From Felis catus (taxonomy: Eukaryota), in contig NC_058373.1 in NCBI RefSeq assembly GCF_018350175.1, positions 102,736,001 through 102,800,000 on the forward strand: DNA of 64,000 bases. Reading direction: 5' to 3'. The notes beneath the pieces are model-generated. The model was not told the DNA's origin, made no database searches, and worked only from the letters and a program-made list of their open reading frames with translations. Both the position numbers and the translations under genes were made by a program. This document shows, piece by piece, positions 23,701-36,800 of this stretch. How positions within the stretch are numbered: the stretch's first letter is position 1; each line of letters opens with the position of its first letter.

Positions 23701-24809
23701 TCGGACGCTTAACCGACTGCGCCACCCAGGCGCCCCAGTACTCAGTACATTTTTAAAATGTATACATATTTTTATTAAAATTACTTGGTGACAGGCATAC
23801 AGAATATATAGTATTTTTACCTTTGTTGTCTTAATTTATATCTGAGAAGAGTTTAATTTTTTGTGGTCTTCTAGAAAGCTTTACTTTGAAATAATATTTA
23901 ACTCTTTTAACAGGCCTCATCTTTTCCTCCACATGAAGAACTATTAAAAGTGTAAGTAATAATTTTGATTCACAGTTGGGGAAGTGGTAATTGTTTTTAT
24001 GTGCTAAACAGTTCTCAGATAAGCAATTTAACTATAAATGGCACCTAATTTTTCTAATTCTATTTAGATTTCTTGCACCTGCAGGTCACTAGAGTTTAGC
24101 TGTGCCCTTGGCTGAACTGATATACCTTTTTATGGTGTTTAGAGTTTAGTTGAGGGAGATTTTGAGGTTTTTAGGCATTCAGAAAAACATCTGAATAAAG
24201 TTAAATTGTATTTTCAAGGCTTTACTTATTTACCTTACATTATCTCAGTTATCTTCTGATATCATTGTGGAATTGGATGATGCAAATTTAAGTTTCTGCT
24301 TCCGCATTTTATTTAAAAAAATTTTTAAAATGTTTATTTTTGAGGGGGGGGTGGGGGACAGAGGATCAGTCCCCAGTGTGGGGCTTGAACTCACAGACTG
24401 TGAGGTCATGATCTGAGCAGAAGTTGGACCCTTAACCGACTGAATCACCCAGGCGCCCCACTGCTTCTGCATTTAAAAAAAAAATTTCATCATCTTTATG
24501 GTTGCTATCTTTTAAGGGGACTTTTTATGCTGAAGCACTTCTCTTTCATTGTTGGCTGGTATTTTTCTCTCAGAGGGTACATTTAAGGTTATTTTGGCTA
24601 ACTTGGTATGTTTGAACATGCTAGATGTTGACCACATTAAGTGTTGTTCCATCTTGAATCATTTACAGGGTTGTTGGCTTACTGGTTTAGAATTATTTAC
24701 TGGTGAATTAAGTCTGGAGTTTGACTATTTATAGCAAAGTCAGCAAACTTTTTCTGTAAATGGCGTGTAGTGAATATTTTAGTCTTTGTGGGCCACAGAG
24801 TTCTGCTTC

Positions 24810-24843
<34 letters not shown>

Positions 24844-27800
24844 TCTTTAAAAACGTAAAATCAGCTCTTGGCTAGAGGGCCAAAGAAGGTCTGTGGTTTG
24901 GGCCCAGAGCCCTAATTTGCCAACCCCTTGTATAGAGCCTTATTCTTAAGGAAGAGCTATTTGTAATTTGACTTTATATCCAAGCTGCTCTCAACTGTAA
25001 CAGAATTGAATTGGGAATCTTTGCCTTTGCTTTCTGCATTTCTGGGAATTAACTAATGCATTAGAACTAGAAAAACCTGAATCCTGATAATGTTATGAAA
25101 ATGATGACACTTACCTTACATTAATATCACACTTTTGTTGTGGGTTAGCCATTTAAAGAAAGTCATAACTGATTTCATTACCTTTTGGAAAAAATATTTA
25201 AGGGAATGCTTGTACATCAGTTTTCACTCTTCTGAAAATAGCCATTTCTCTGCCATAGATAAAAATAGAAACAACTTTAACTGCAGCAGTTCATATATTC
25301 ATAAACTATTTCTTCAGGGGATGATTTCTCTTTAGCACAAATATCAGCATGTCATATTGTAAAAGTCATTTTTGAAAATAAGAATGCATCAGGAATAGGT
25401 TTTCCATGGTGACAATTAATAGTTAAGTTTAAAAGAGTTTACCTGTTAATATATTCTGCAAAGCATTGTCTGCTTGCTGTTTTTATTTTGTAGTAGTAAA
25501 TACCATGTTCACTGCCTAAAATGTTGCTATGTGTATTCATGTTTTGGTTTAGAATTTCAGAAAGAGAGCAAGAAATAACTGGTCTTCAGAATGAGTTAGA
25601 TTCTTTGAAGGAGGCTGTTGAACACCAGAGGAAGAAAAACAATGTAAGCAAATCTTGTCAGAATAAAACTTTCCTTTTTATTATTTCACTGAAATACCAT
25701 GATTCAGAATTTTTTTAATTTACTTTTAATGTAGATTTTTTCTTAATCTTTGTGCTGTTTTGTGTGTACCTTATTTGGGAGGATTATTAATCATTTTATT
25801 AGAGAACATATTTTAATAAATAAATGAAATGACTAATTTGTATATTTCTGATTATAAATTTAAGTATTGAAACTATATTACAGCTTCAGATTTTAATTTT
25901 TTTATTAAAATGCAATTGACTTTTGGTGAAACTTTTATTTGAAAAAATTCTTTCGTCTCAATATTTTAAAATCCATTGTATTTTTTAAAAATTTGACTAG
26001 GCTAGCCTTTTTGTAAACTGAAAGTAAGCCAGTATTGAAACTCAATATTTTCAGTAATTATGTCTTTCGGAGACTTCTGGAACCTCCCTTTTTTTAACTG
26101 AGAGGTGGTTCAAATTTTGGTAACGAAGCATGTTAGAGGCCTCAGAACCTGAATACATTTACAGCATAGTGGAAGAGGATAGTGCCCTAAGAAATACAAA
26201 TCTTAATACTTTTACTGAATAGACAGTGATTTAGGTGATTCTTAAAAAATTCTGACCAGAAGGTGATACCTGTAAGTAGAATCCAACCATTTCTTGCTAG
26301 AGAAGGAATTTTTGCACACAAAAGTATGCTTGCTAAGACTTGAGCAAGGTTAAAAATGTTCCTGAAATCTCTAAGGGGATATTGATGGGAAATTGATATG
26401 TGTTTTCCAATGGAAGTTTAATTTTTCAAAGTCTGCATTAATTTGTTAATTTAACATTAGTTGACATGTACTTGCACCCCAGAGTTTGTCAAAATTAGGT
26501 ATGTGAATTGCCCTTTGTGTGTCTGTGTAACATTACTAACAGCATTGCTTGGCCACAAAACCAATATATTTGAATTTGCCAATATATTGTTAACATCTTA
26601 ACTGTGTTTTATCGTCCGGATTCTGAGGCAGGGAGGACGTAGTAATACCAGTGTAACGCAGCAGCATCACTGCAGGCTGGAAGTGTGTGAGAAGTGCCCG
26701 GACACTGGAGGCCAGCAGATTGCGGCATCAGTCCATTCCCGCTCAGCCACTTCACTGGCTGTGTGCACTTGGCCAAATTTCTGAAATGACCCCAGCTGTG
26801 GTTTCCCCATCTATAAAATGTTATGAGGATTAATGAGAATTTACATGAAGCACCAAGTTCAGTGTTGGGCACATAAGTGAGCATTCAGTAAATGGTGATT
26901 ATTGGCTTTTTGTTTTTAATGTTTAGATTTCTCAATCTGAAGAAAGACAAATATAGCAGATTGTACGTACTTCTATTTGCTAATGAAATGCTGTTAAAAT
27001 AGATCTTTCAGAGCTCAGTTTCCAATGACTTCTGTTTCTCTTCCAAGAGAATGTGGTTTTATAGCTTTCTAGCCTCCCCATTTTCAGCCTCGATCAGGTA
27101 GCTCATACACTCATGTCAGGTTGCTTTGTGGCATACACGTGTGCAAGTGCAGTGACTATGTTATTCTTAGGTAGACTCAACATGCGTTAATTTGATAAAA
27201 CCTATTTAGAGGGGAAAGTTATGCCACAGTGGAAAGTCCGAGTGATAATGGGCCTCGTTTAAAAGCCACAGTGTAAAGCTTTTTGCGATACTTGTGTATT
27301 TTCTGTCCTTAATCCCCTAATATTTGATGTACCTGAAATCATTTTTATCTTGGTTTGTGTGTTTACTTTTGAATGCTTTCTTCTTTGTCACACATGCATA
27401 GTAATTACTCTACAGCTGGCATTTTTGGTGTGTATACTAAAACATGGGAAGTGGGCATCTTTATTTTCTCATTCAGACTTCTAAACATTGCTTTTTATTT
27501 TTTTGCTAATATACATATTTCCCATTGAAATAATTTTGCAGTAACCAGCATTTAAATGCAGTGCAAAATACTGATGAAGTAAAAAGCAAAAATCTTTCAA
27601 TAATGGATAAACTGAAATCATTCTTTCTAAAAATGATTAGGACCTTCGGGAGAAAAACTGGGAAGCAATGGAAGCATTGGCATCAACTGAAAAAATGCTG
27701 CAGGACAAAGTGAACAAGACTTCCAAGGTTGTAATGCTAACTCCTAGAAACAATCCACCGAACAGAGAAAATCTGCAGCTTGTCTTAAAATCAGACTAAA

Positions 27801-30800
27801 GCATTTAATTTTACTGCAATTTAAATATAAAATCTCCTTATCATCCACATTATCATCTCTGTCATCTCTGCTTTTTTTCATCTACTCTTCAAAGCTTTAA
27901 TTTTGGGCATGCGGTTTGTTGTGATTACCTGATTGTTTGAGCTTTGGTGATTACTGCTTTAAGCTGTAGAGTCACAGGAGACCTATGCTACCCATGTAAG
28001 CCCTTGTCACTGTATGCCTCGGGGGATGGTTAAGAGCCTCGGAAAAAACCCTGACCCCCTCAAAATCTAACTGAATTAAACACATTCGAATACATAGATG
28101 TACATGAAATCTGCTGGGTTCTTTGGGGCACACCAAGAGGACTCACACAGGGTAGAAAATGATCAAAGTGTTAAGTACAGGGAAGCGATCAATTCTGGCT
28201 GGGTTGTTCCTTAGAGGAGATGAAATTAAAATTAAACTTAAGGTTTTGAAGTGGCTGGACAGTAATGAGGCATGTGTTATGTATAGTGTGGAATATTAAT
28301 AGAAGGGATTATTCTCCTGACTGGAGTATGTAAAGTACTCCTGAAACATACAGCTCCCTCTGTCTTCACAATGGTAAAGGATATTCTTCCTGAGTTTAAG
28401 TTGTTGGATGGTTTAGAAGATTCTAATGAAATGTAATGGAGAAGAGTTGTTTTTAATGATTGAGACAAATGTGCCAGTTTAGTCAGGCATTTTGAAAATT
28501 CCTACCAAGAATAAATGTGGAACAGGAGTATTGAATTTTGTACATGGGCTAATAAAGTTAATTATGTGATTCAGCTCATCATTCTGGAAGTATTTTGTGG
28601 ACTGAGGGAATCTTTTATTTTTCCTGTAGTGTAATAGATTTGTATTTCTATGCCTACTCACCTGGGCTTAATTTTCACTAAAACCTAAATTTGAGATAGC
28701 TGGCAGACACTGGAACTAGAGAAATCTAGGCCAGGGAAAAGAATGATCTAGGCCAGGTAGGACTTTTTTTTTTTTTTTTTTTTTTTTTGAGCGTAGTTGC
28801 AGTCAGTTCCATTAGCAGTGGGGGGGGGGGGGGGGGTTGGTTTCTCTTTACTTTCTTTTTCACTGTTAACACCTGCCTTTTAGCTTCTATTTTGTTAATG
28901 AGACTGGGTTTCTGGGAAGTGCTAATTACTTATTATGCCATTCCTGCAAGAAATTATGGGCCACTGTCATAGGCATTCTTGTATATTGTTTACAAAAGAG
29001 AACTAGAATTTATCCATGTTTCATCCTGTGATTGGTGAGGAGTATAAAACTTTACTCTTGTTTCAAACTTATCACCAAGTGCATGATGTTTTCTTACATA
29101 GCCAGTGTTCTACAGAGAATAGAAATTGCAGTCTTCCTCTATTTTAATGGAATTTAGACTGTTTTTCAGGTAGCCTAGGTGTAAAGTGATGTTGATTGAC
29201 TCAGAACCACAAGTTAGGTTGGAGGAGAAAGAAGTATGTACAAGAATTCCTTTAGTGTTTCAGATGATACAAATAAGTAATAATCTTACCTAAAATGTAG
29301 GAGAGGATGGTATACTACTTTTTCAGGTTTATCGTTAAATTAGTAAGTATTCTTGAGGAACTACTATCAATGATAAGTTCACATGAAAGATACTTCGTAT
29401 ATATTACATTTAGATAAAGATAGCGATTTTCAACATAAGATCTTTTCTAGGCATTAAAGTAGAATGGAGATTGCTGTCCACAACCAAACTACTGTATCAA
29501 ATGAAAACTTTTTAGCAAAATTAGTACAAATCAAAAGTAACTTCTCATTTTTTTTGCCTCTTGTTATGAGTTTGACACTTGTTTCTTTTACTTAGATTCT
29601 TTTTACCTTGGAAAGCTTTCTAAAAAGTGCCTCTTTTCCTATTTTTCTTCGGTGATCGTTCTGCCACTTCTGTGGTCAGATGATAAAAATGACCTCTTAA
29701 TTGTGAATTAATTCTGAATCAGCGGTTAATTTTCTTTGAATGAATGTATCTTATGCAGTTAGATGGGTGTATTTCTGAAAAATAGTGAACTTTATCGAAT
29801 CATTGAAAATACTCCATTAAAACATCTAGTAAAGCCCTGCCACTAATCTTGAGTAAAGTTTTTTTTGTGTCTGCAGAGAATATGATTAATCTCTAGTTTT
29901 TATTGTGTATTTCTAAATTGGTGCGTATGCCTCTTAAATCAGTACTGGATTTCAAAGGTCGCATTTAGATGATGTTGGAAAGATAGGGTTGAGATGTTGT
30001 TAGCTTGCTTGCCTTCTTGTCACCTCAGCTTCATAAATGTTTTTTCTTGGCTTGGTTTAGGTGTGCATTTTTATAGATGTCATTTTTTTAAAAATCTGGT
30101 AGAGGTAGTTTGATTATTAGAGTTTTATTTTGCTTGTGATCAAGTTGTTACCCTAATTTTGACAAACCATGGTTTTGAGTTAATAATTGATACCCATTGT
30201 ACTTGGTTTTAAAATCACCAAATTTAGACATGCATTTGTAATACCTTTAAATTTACAGCTGACAGAGTCCCTACAAGTGTCAGAATTAGTTTTCTTGATG
30301 CTTGGTATTAGTGAATTAATTGCCATGAGTTTTTCCTCTTTCCTCTTTTTCCCATATGTACCACCCATCAAATTTTGACAGCCTTTTTTTTCTTTGTTTA
30401 GCATAAGTAACTTCACTTGACCTTGAAGCTGGAAATGTGAGATTTGCCATTTTAATCCCATCATTATAGTCCATCAGTAGTGCATTTTTTTTGTAGAGAG
30501 ATTTGCTAGACCATAAGCCTCAGTGTTGCTCAGATGCATATTTTTTGCATATAGTTTAAATTTTAGCTATAGGAAGTGTTTTGTTTTGTTTTGTTTTGTT
30601 TTTTATAACATGTAGTTTAAAGTTTTAGCTATAGGAAGTGTATTTTTTGTTTTCTTATTTTTGTTTCTATTTTTTGAATTGAGGGGCAAATCACTTGATT
30701 TCTAATGGCAAGGGAATTATCAGATATTGCCTTGGCTTGATTAATATAAGACATGGTTATTTAGGATGCTTTAGAGATTTTGCAGAATTTTTCTTACAGA

Positions 30801-33800
30801 AGCATTTTAATATTTTAAAAAGAGAAATTTTAACTTTTACCAGTATTAAGATGAATTTTTAAAATACTTTGACTTTTTTCTCCCTTAGAACTTAAAAGAC
30901 TGTAACTTTTTTTTTTTTTTTTTAATTCTATAATCTTGTAAGTTTGATTTGGTTCATCTTCTGCTTTAGGAAAGACAACAACATGTGGAAGCTGTTGAAT
31001 TAGAAGCTAAAGAAGTTCTCAAAAAATTATTTCCAAAGGTGTCTGTTCCTCCTAATTTGGTAAGATTGATTTTTATTTCTTTGCACATGTCATCTTTATC
31101 ATTCAAGGAAGTTGTAATGAGCATTCTGCACTTGGTTCACAAGTACATCTATTCCTTAATCTTTTCCATTTTTAACTTAGGGTGCTTTTGAGTAGGTAAG
31201 ATAAATAACTTGGTTCAAAACTCATTTCTCTTTATACAACTGATACTTTTGTTGTATGCTACAAAATTTACATAATATATTATTTAGAGGATCATAAGCA
31301 TATTTGGGAAAGAAAAATTTCTTAATGTTTACTAAATCAGTAATGTTTTTAATGGCTTTATTCAAAATAGAGCTTAATTTTAAATGATTGCTTCTTAGTT
31401 TTAGGAGCACTTTGTTTTCTAATTAAATGTGTTTAATACTTTGAGGCTTTTTTTTCTTTTCAGAACTCAACATCTGTTAACTTCTTTAAGCAAAAGGCTT
31501 GAAGGTAGTACAGAACAGCTTGCTTTACTTGAGGTTAAATGAGAAAAGTTGCTTTGATTCATAGAATTATCACAGTGAATATTTGAGGCAGAGAAAGTGA
31601 GTGTGCACGTAGTTTTGTAAAATGGTGTTGTAGGTCTTTTTTTAAAAATTTTAATGGAAAATTGTATACACACTCAAAAGTAGAATAGCATAATGAGCCT
31701 GATGTATCCCCTTCCATACATCAATACACAGTCTTGTTTTACCTCCTTTCCTGTACTTTCTAGATTATTTTGAAAGAAATCAAACATCAGAGCATTTCAT
31801 CAATAGCTATTTTAGTATGTATTTCTAAAAGATAAGGATTCCTTTAAAAAAATTACATGAAAAAAATCCAATTTCATACATTTTGTCAATACATTTCTCG
31901 ATTTGTTATATAAATTTTTAATTTTAATGAAATAACCACTTTAATTTTTTTTTTAATGTTTATTTATTGTTGAGAGAGAGAGACAGACCAAGCATGAGCT
32001 GAGGAGGGACAGAGAGAGAGGGAGACACAGAACCGAAGCAGGCTTCAGACTCTGAGCTGTCAGCACAGAGCCCACCGCAGGGCTTAAACTCATGAACCAT
32101 GAGATCATGACCTGAGCTGAAGTCAGACACTAAACCAACTGAGCCACCCAGGCGCCCCACCACTTACTTTAGTTTGTTTTAATCAGGACCTTAAGTAAGG
32201 TCCATATGTAATTGGTTTAAGATGTCTCTTAGATTTTTTTTTTTTTTTTTTTTAATTTCATGGATCCCCTCCTAAATGTCAGCAACACCCCTTCTCTCTC
32301 TCTCTGTCTTTTTTTAAACCTAATGGTTTCATATGAAGTTTCCTAGTTTGGATTTAGCTGACTCCACCCTTGTAGTGTCAGTGTGTTCTCTGTCCTTTGT
32401 ATATCTCATAAATTGCTGGTCCATAGAGGCCTGATTAGATTCAAATTCAATACTTTGGACGTAGGATGGAGTAGGGCAATATTTCATGGGCAGTGTTGTG
32501 CACTTCTGTCATGAGGTCTATAAATGTCTGCTTGTCTCTCTTTGGCCCATTGGAACTTATTTAGGCTGGCTATCCAATCCTTTTGACATAGCAGTGCTAT
32601 GTCAACATTTTCTACCTCAAACTTGGAATCAACTGTTTCTCCAAGGAACTCTTGGCTCTTTCTGTGGGCACTAGGTGTGGTATAAATAAACTTAACGGCC
32701 TGTTCTATGTGTAGTTTGAGTTTAGCTCTTGTTCTCAGATTATATCTACATACAGTCTAAGTTGAACTTGTACGAGAACCAACAATTCTTTTGTTTCCTT
32801 TGTAACTGTTGAGGATACATTCAGGTTTGATCAGTTTAGTAGATCTCTACCACTGTGGGTTTAACTGATGAGATAACTTGCACTGGATAGGCAAATGGAC
32901 ACATTGTCAGTTCTAGTGCTGGTCTTAACTTTGAACCTAGAAGAAGGGGTTGTTATTCATCTATTTTATATTTTTTCTTTTGTGGCCATAATGTGTTTTT
33001 AATTCTTTATTCCCACTTTAATTTTATTACTTAATGGAAATAACATTTGGGGATTGATTTCTTTGACAGTATTTTTATGAGCCAAGAGAGTTAATGATTT
33101 ATAATATCTATTTTTTTAATTTAAAATTTTTTAATGTTTATTTTTGAGAGGTAGAGAAAGAGAGTGTGAGCAGGGAAGGGGCAGAGAGAGAGAGAGAGAG
33201 ATAGAATCCGAAGCAGGCTCCAGGCTCTGAGTTGTCAGCACAGAGCCCGACGCGGGGCTTGATACCATAAACTGCGAGATGATGACCTAAGCCAAAGTCG
33301 GACACTTAACCGACTGAGCCACCCAGGCACCCCCTGTAATATCTATTCTTGAAAGGTTGTGTAAGGTCACCAGCATTAAAAATCCTTTTTTATGTAACAG
33401 ATTTATTCTTACCAACGGTATTACCCACCCTCAATAGCCAAATGTTTTTGACACTATAAATGTTTATAAATTGCCGTTAGACTTGGATGATGATATTTGG
33501 CTTTTGTTCATCCACTTGTTAAAAGTTGAATATTTCTGCATGTAGTCTATATTTGAGGAATATATTAACTATACCTCTTAGAGTGTAGTGTTTTAGGTTT
33601 TTAAAGGTATGAAGGATAGGATAATTTATTTAACTTAAGATAATAAAGCAGCTTTAAATTTAATCTTAAGCCAATATAGTCAGGTATAAAAGGACTTGTA
33701 TACCTGAAGTATAATCCTTTTACTGTTTTCTTTTGCTTTTGTGCTAAGCAAATCCTTATAGGAGAGATCTAAACTATATAACCTAGAGGAATGTTTACAA

Positions 33801-36800
33801 ACATTAAGCAACTAAATTAGCTTTTCAGCTGACTAACTTTTATTGAATCCTGGTATTTGAAGCTAAGTAAGATTTTAATAGTACATTTATTCTTGGATCA
33901 AATTTATAACATGAGAGTGTTTTTCTTTTTTTTTAATAGAGACTCTTGACTAATTTATACTGTGGGGTATTGTATTGTGGGGGTGATCTCAGCATCTGGT
34001 TTTATTGTTGTTTTTTTTAATTCTTATTTGATAGAGTATAGAGAATCCTGATTCAGCACATAAGTAATGCTTGATATTAGAGTAGTTAATAGAAATTTCA
34101 TGTGTGTTCTTTTTTCTTGGAGTAAATTAAACCAAGGACTTTAAATCAAATTTCCTCTTCTTCTTCTTTTTAGGTATTTGTTAACAAATACTCTTTACCA
34201 GAGTTTAAAATTTGGATAAGAAGCATTAAAAATGTAACACAATTTGTTCTAAAATTTAGAATAATTACTAAAACCAAAATATATGCCTGGGTTTGCATCC
34301 ATTTAACCTATTAGCACAAATAGAGTTTTTGTTATTTTTAAACAAGTAAATGTGTATTCTTATCACTTCTCATTATGATTTTAAAAACACTTCATAATAC
34401 ATATTTATTTTGAGGTATCTTCAGAATCTCTGGAGCATCTTCATGGAGTTTGAAATCCTCTGAATTGAGTATTTTCCGTTGAACTTTCAGTTTGAGAACT
34501 CGGAATACTTAGTTTTTGAGAACTGGTTTATCTGAAAAAAGTTTTGAAAATTCTTTCTCTGTTTTAAAGATTGAATCTGTTTGTCCTGGCACTATTTAAG
34601 TGGTAGAGGCTGGAATTAAGTGAGCCTAGATCTCTAAGTCCTGAATTCAGTTGCCGATAACCTTGGTCAAAGTAAATAAGATTTGATTTTGATGGTAGTA
34701 CCTAGGTATATTTTTAGTGTTTATTTTCAAATCTGGGTTAGGTACAATTTACACAGCAGTTTATTTTTCTTCGAAATTTCCAGAGAGGTGGTTTCTTTCA
34801 TTGTCCTCTGGTTTGGTTATTTAAATTTTTGTCCCTATTTCGTTTAGGTATTTTTGGAAATTGCTTATTTTGACTTTTCTTTTTTACAGAATTATCGTGA
34901 ATGGCTGCATGGATTTGAAAAGAAGGCAAAAGAATGTGTGGCTGAAACTTCAAGTTCAGAGGAGGTTAAGGTTAGTTCAAGAAATGAAGTATCTCTGTTT
35001 TAACCGACATGGAAAAATGAAGTAAATCCGAATTTACCTTTATGAGCGTGGAACAATAAAGTATATATTATGAGTAGAATAATGACCTTTTGAGAAAGTG
35101 TAAGAAAGTGATTTCATTTTGTATAAATTTTGGTAGAAATGCCACAAGTCTTCATTGCATTTGGTACATATTACAAAGCTAATGTTTGCTGTTTTTTTAA
35201 CTCCGTATTGTAATCACTTCTAAAACTGTATATTTAACTATCTCTTACTCTGTTTTTAGTCTGTTTAAAAAGATCAGTTGAGGTAGGTAGGTAGAAACTG
35301 GTTTGCTAAAGTATCCCCAAATACATCATTAAGAGTGTTCAGAATCTAGATGTGTCTTTATCTTTGCTAATGTTTGGAAGATATTTTGTATCTCAAGTGG
35401 CATGAATAAAATCCTCTTTTCCATGTGTGTGTAGCATAGGTGTTGTGACTTGACTTCACTTGTGGGTCTGCTTTGATTTTACCATCCTGCTAAAGAGCAA
35501 TAAGCCTATTTATTATAAAATTGTGTAATATATTTTATAATAATCAGACTCAGGGAGTTTTATTAGTGAAGATTGAGTGACCAAAAAAGTCATTGAACTT
35601 TATTTTTACTTAAGAAGGTTGAAATGTATTGTTTCACTGTAAAGCAGTCAGAAATCATTTGTCAAAATATACCATTAAATACTGCAACAAATTTGAAGTA
35701 CACAGTTTCCTGGTAAAACTAGAGAATTTTTCTTTATTTTATTCTCTGTAGGTTCTAGAGCACAAGTTGAAAGAAGCTGATGAAATGCACACATTGTTAC
35801 AGCTCGAGTGTGAAAAATATAAATCCGTCCTTGCAGAAACAGTAGGAAATGATTTTTAGTCTACATTTTAGTTTTATTTTTAAATTATTAACTTATTCCT
35901 TAGAGTCTTAAATACTGATCTTGTCATTAGAACATGAATTTTTCAAAACAACCATTCTTTTGCCCATAGGAAGGAATTTTACAGAAGCTACAGAGAAGTG
36001 TGGAGCAAGAAGAAAACAAATGGAAAGTTAAGGTCGATGAATCACAGAAGACTATTAAACAGGTATTTACAAAAGAAAAGCATAGTGCAGTAGTTCGAAG
36101 AATGTGGGCCCTGGATCAGTAGCATCAGTGTAATGTGGAAACTGGTTAGAAATGCTTTTTCTGGGGCGCCTGGGTGGCACAGTCGGTTGAGCATCCGACT
36201 TCAGCCATGTCACGATCTCGCGGTCCGTGAGTTCGAGCCCCGCGTCAGGCTCTGGGCTGATGGCTCGGAGCCTGGAGCCTGTTTCCGATTCTGCGTCTCC
36301 CTCTCTCTCTGCCCCTCCCCTGTTCATGCTCTGTCTCTCTCTGTCCCAAAAATAAATAAACGTTGGGAAAAAAAAAAAAAAAAGAAATGCTTTTTCTTGG
36401 CCCCACCTGAGGTTTTCTGAATATGAAACTGTGGGGACAGCAGTCTGTGTTTCAGACACCCCCACAATGGATTCTAATGCCCACCCAAGTTTGAGAATCA
36501 CTTGTTTAGTGTACGACCAGACAGTAGTGATAGAGGATGTAAAGTGCTTTGAACATAAGGCAAAGAATTTGGGGTTCAAAATAAGCTTTACATTGGGGCT
36601 CCTGGGTGGCTCAGTTGGTTAAGCGGCTGACTTTGGCTCAGGTCATGATCTCGCGGTCCGTGAGTTCAAGGCCTGCGTTGGGCTCTGTGCTGACAGCTCA
36701 GAGCCTGGAGCCTGTTTCAGATTCTGTGTCTCCCTCTCTCTGACCCTCCTCCATTCATGCTTGCTCGCTTGCTCTCTCTCTGTCTCAAAAATAAATGTTT

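Noticed and set aside
28765..28836. Long T run and G17 homopolymer (also an A run then G run at ~18031-18052)
   Set aside because: Simple homopolymers with lengths unreliable in assemblies; nothing supports function
36067..36579. 170-aa minus-strand ORF and other ORFs with MAQSVK/RERQS-type peptides
   Set aside because: Translations of CAN-SINE and MER5A sequence
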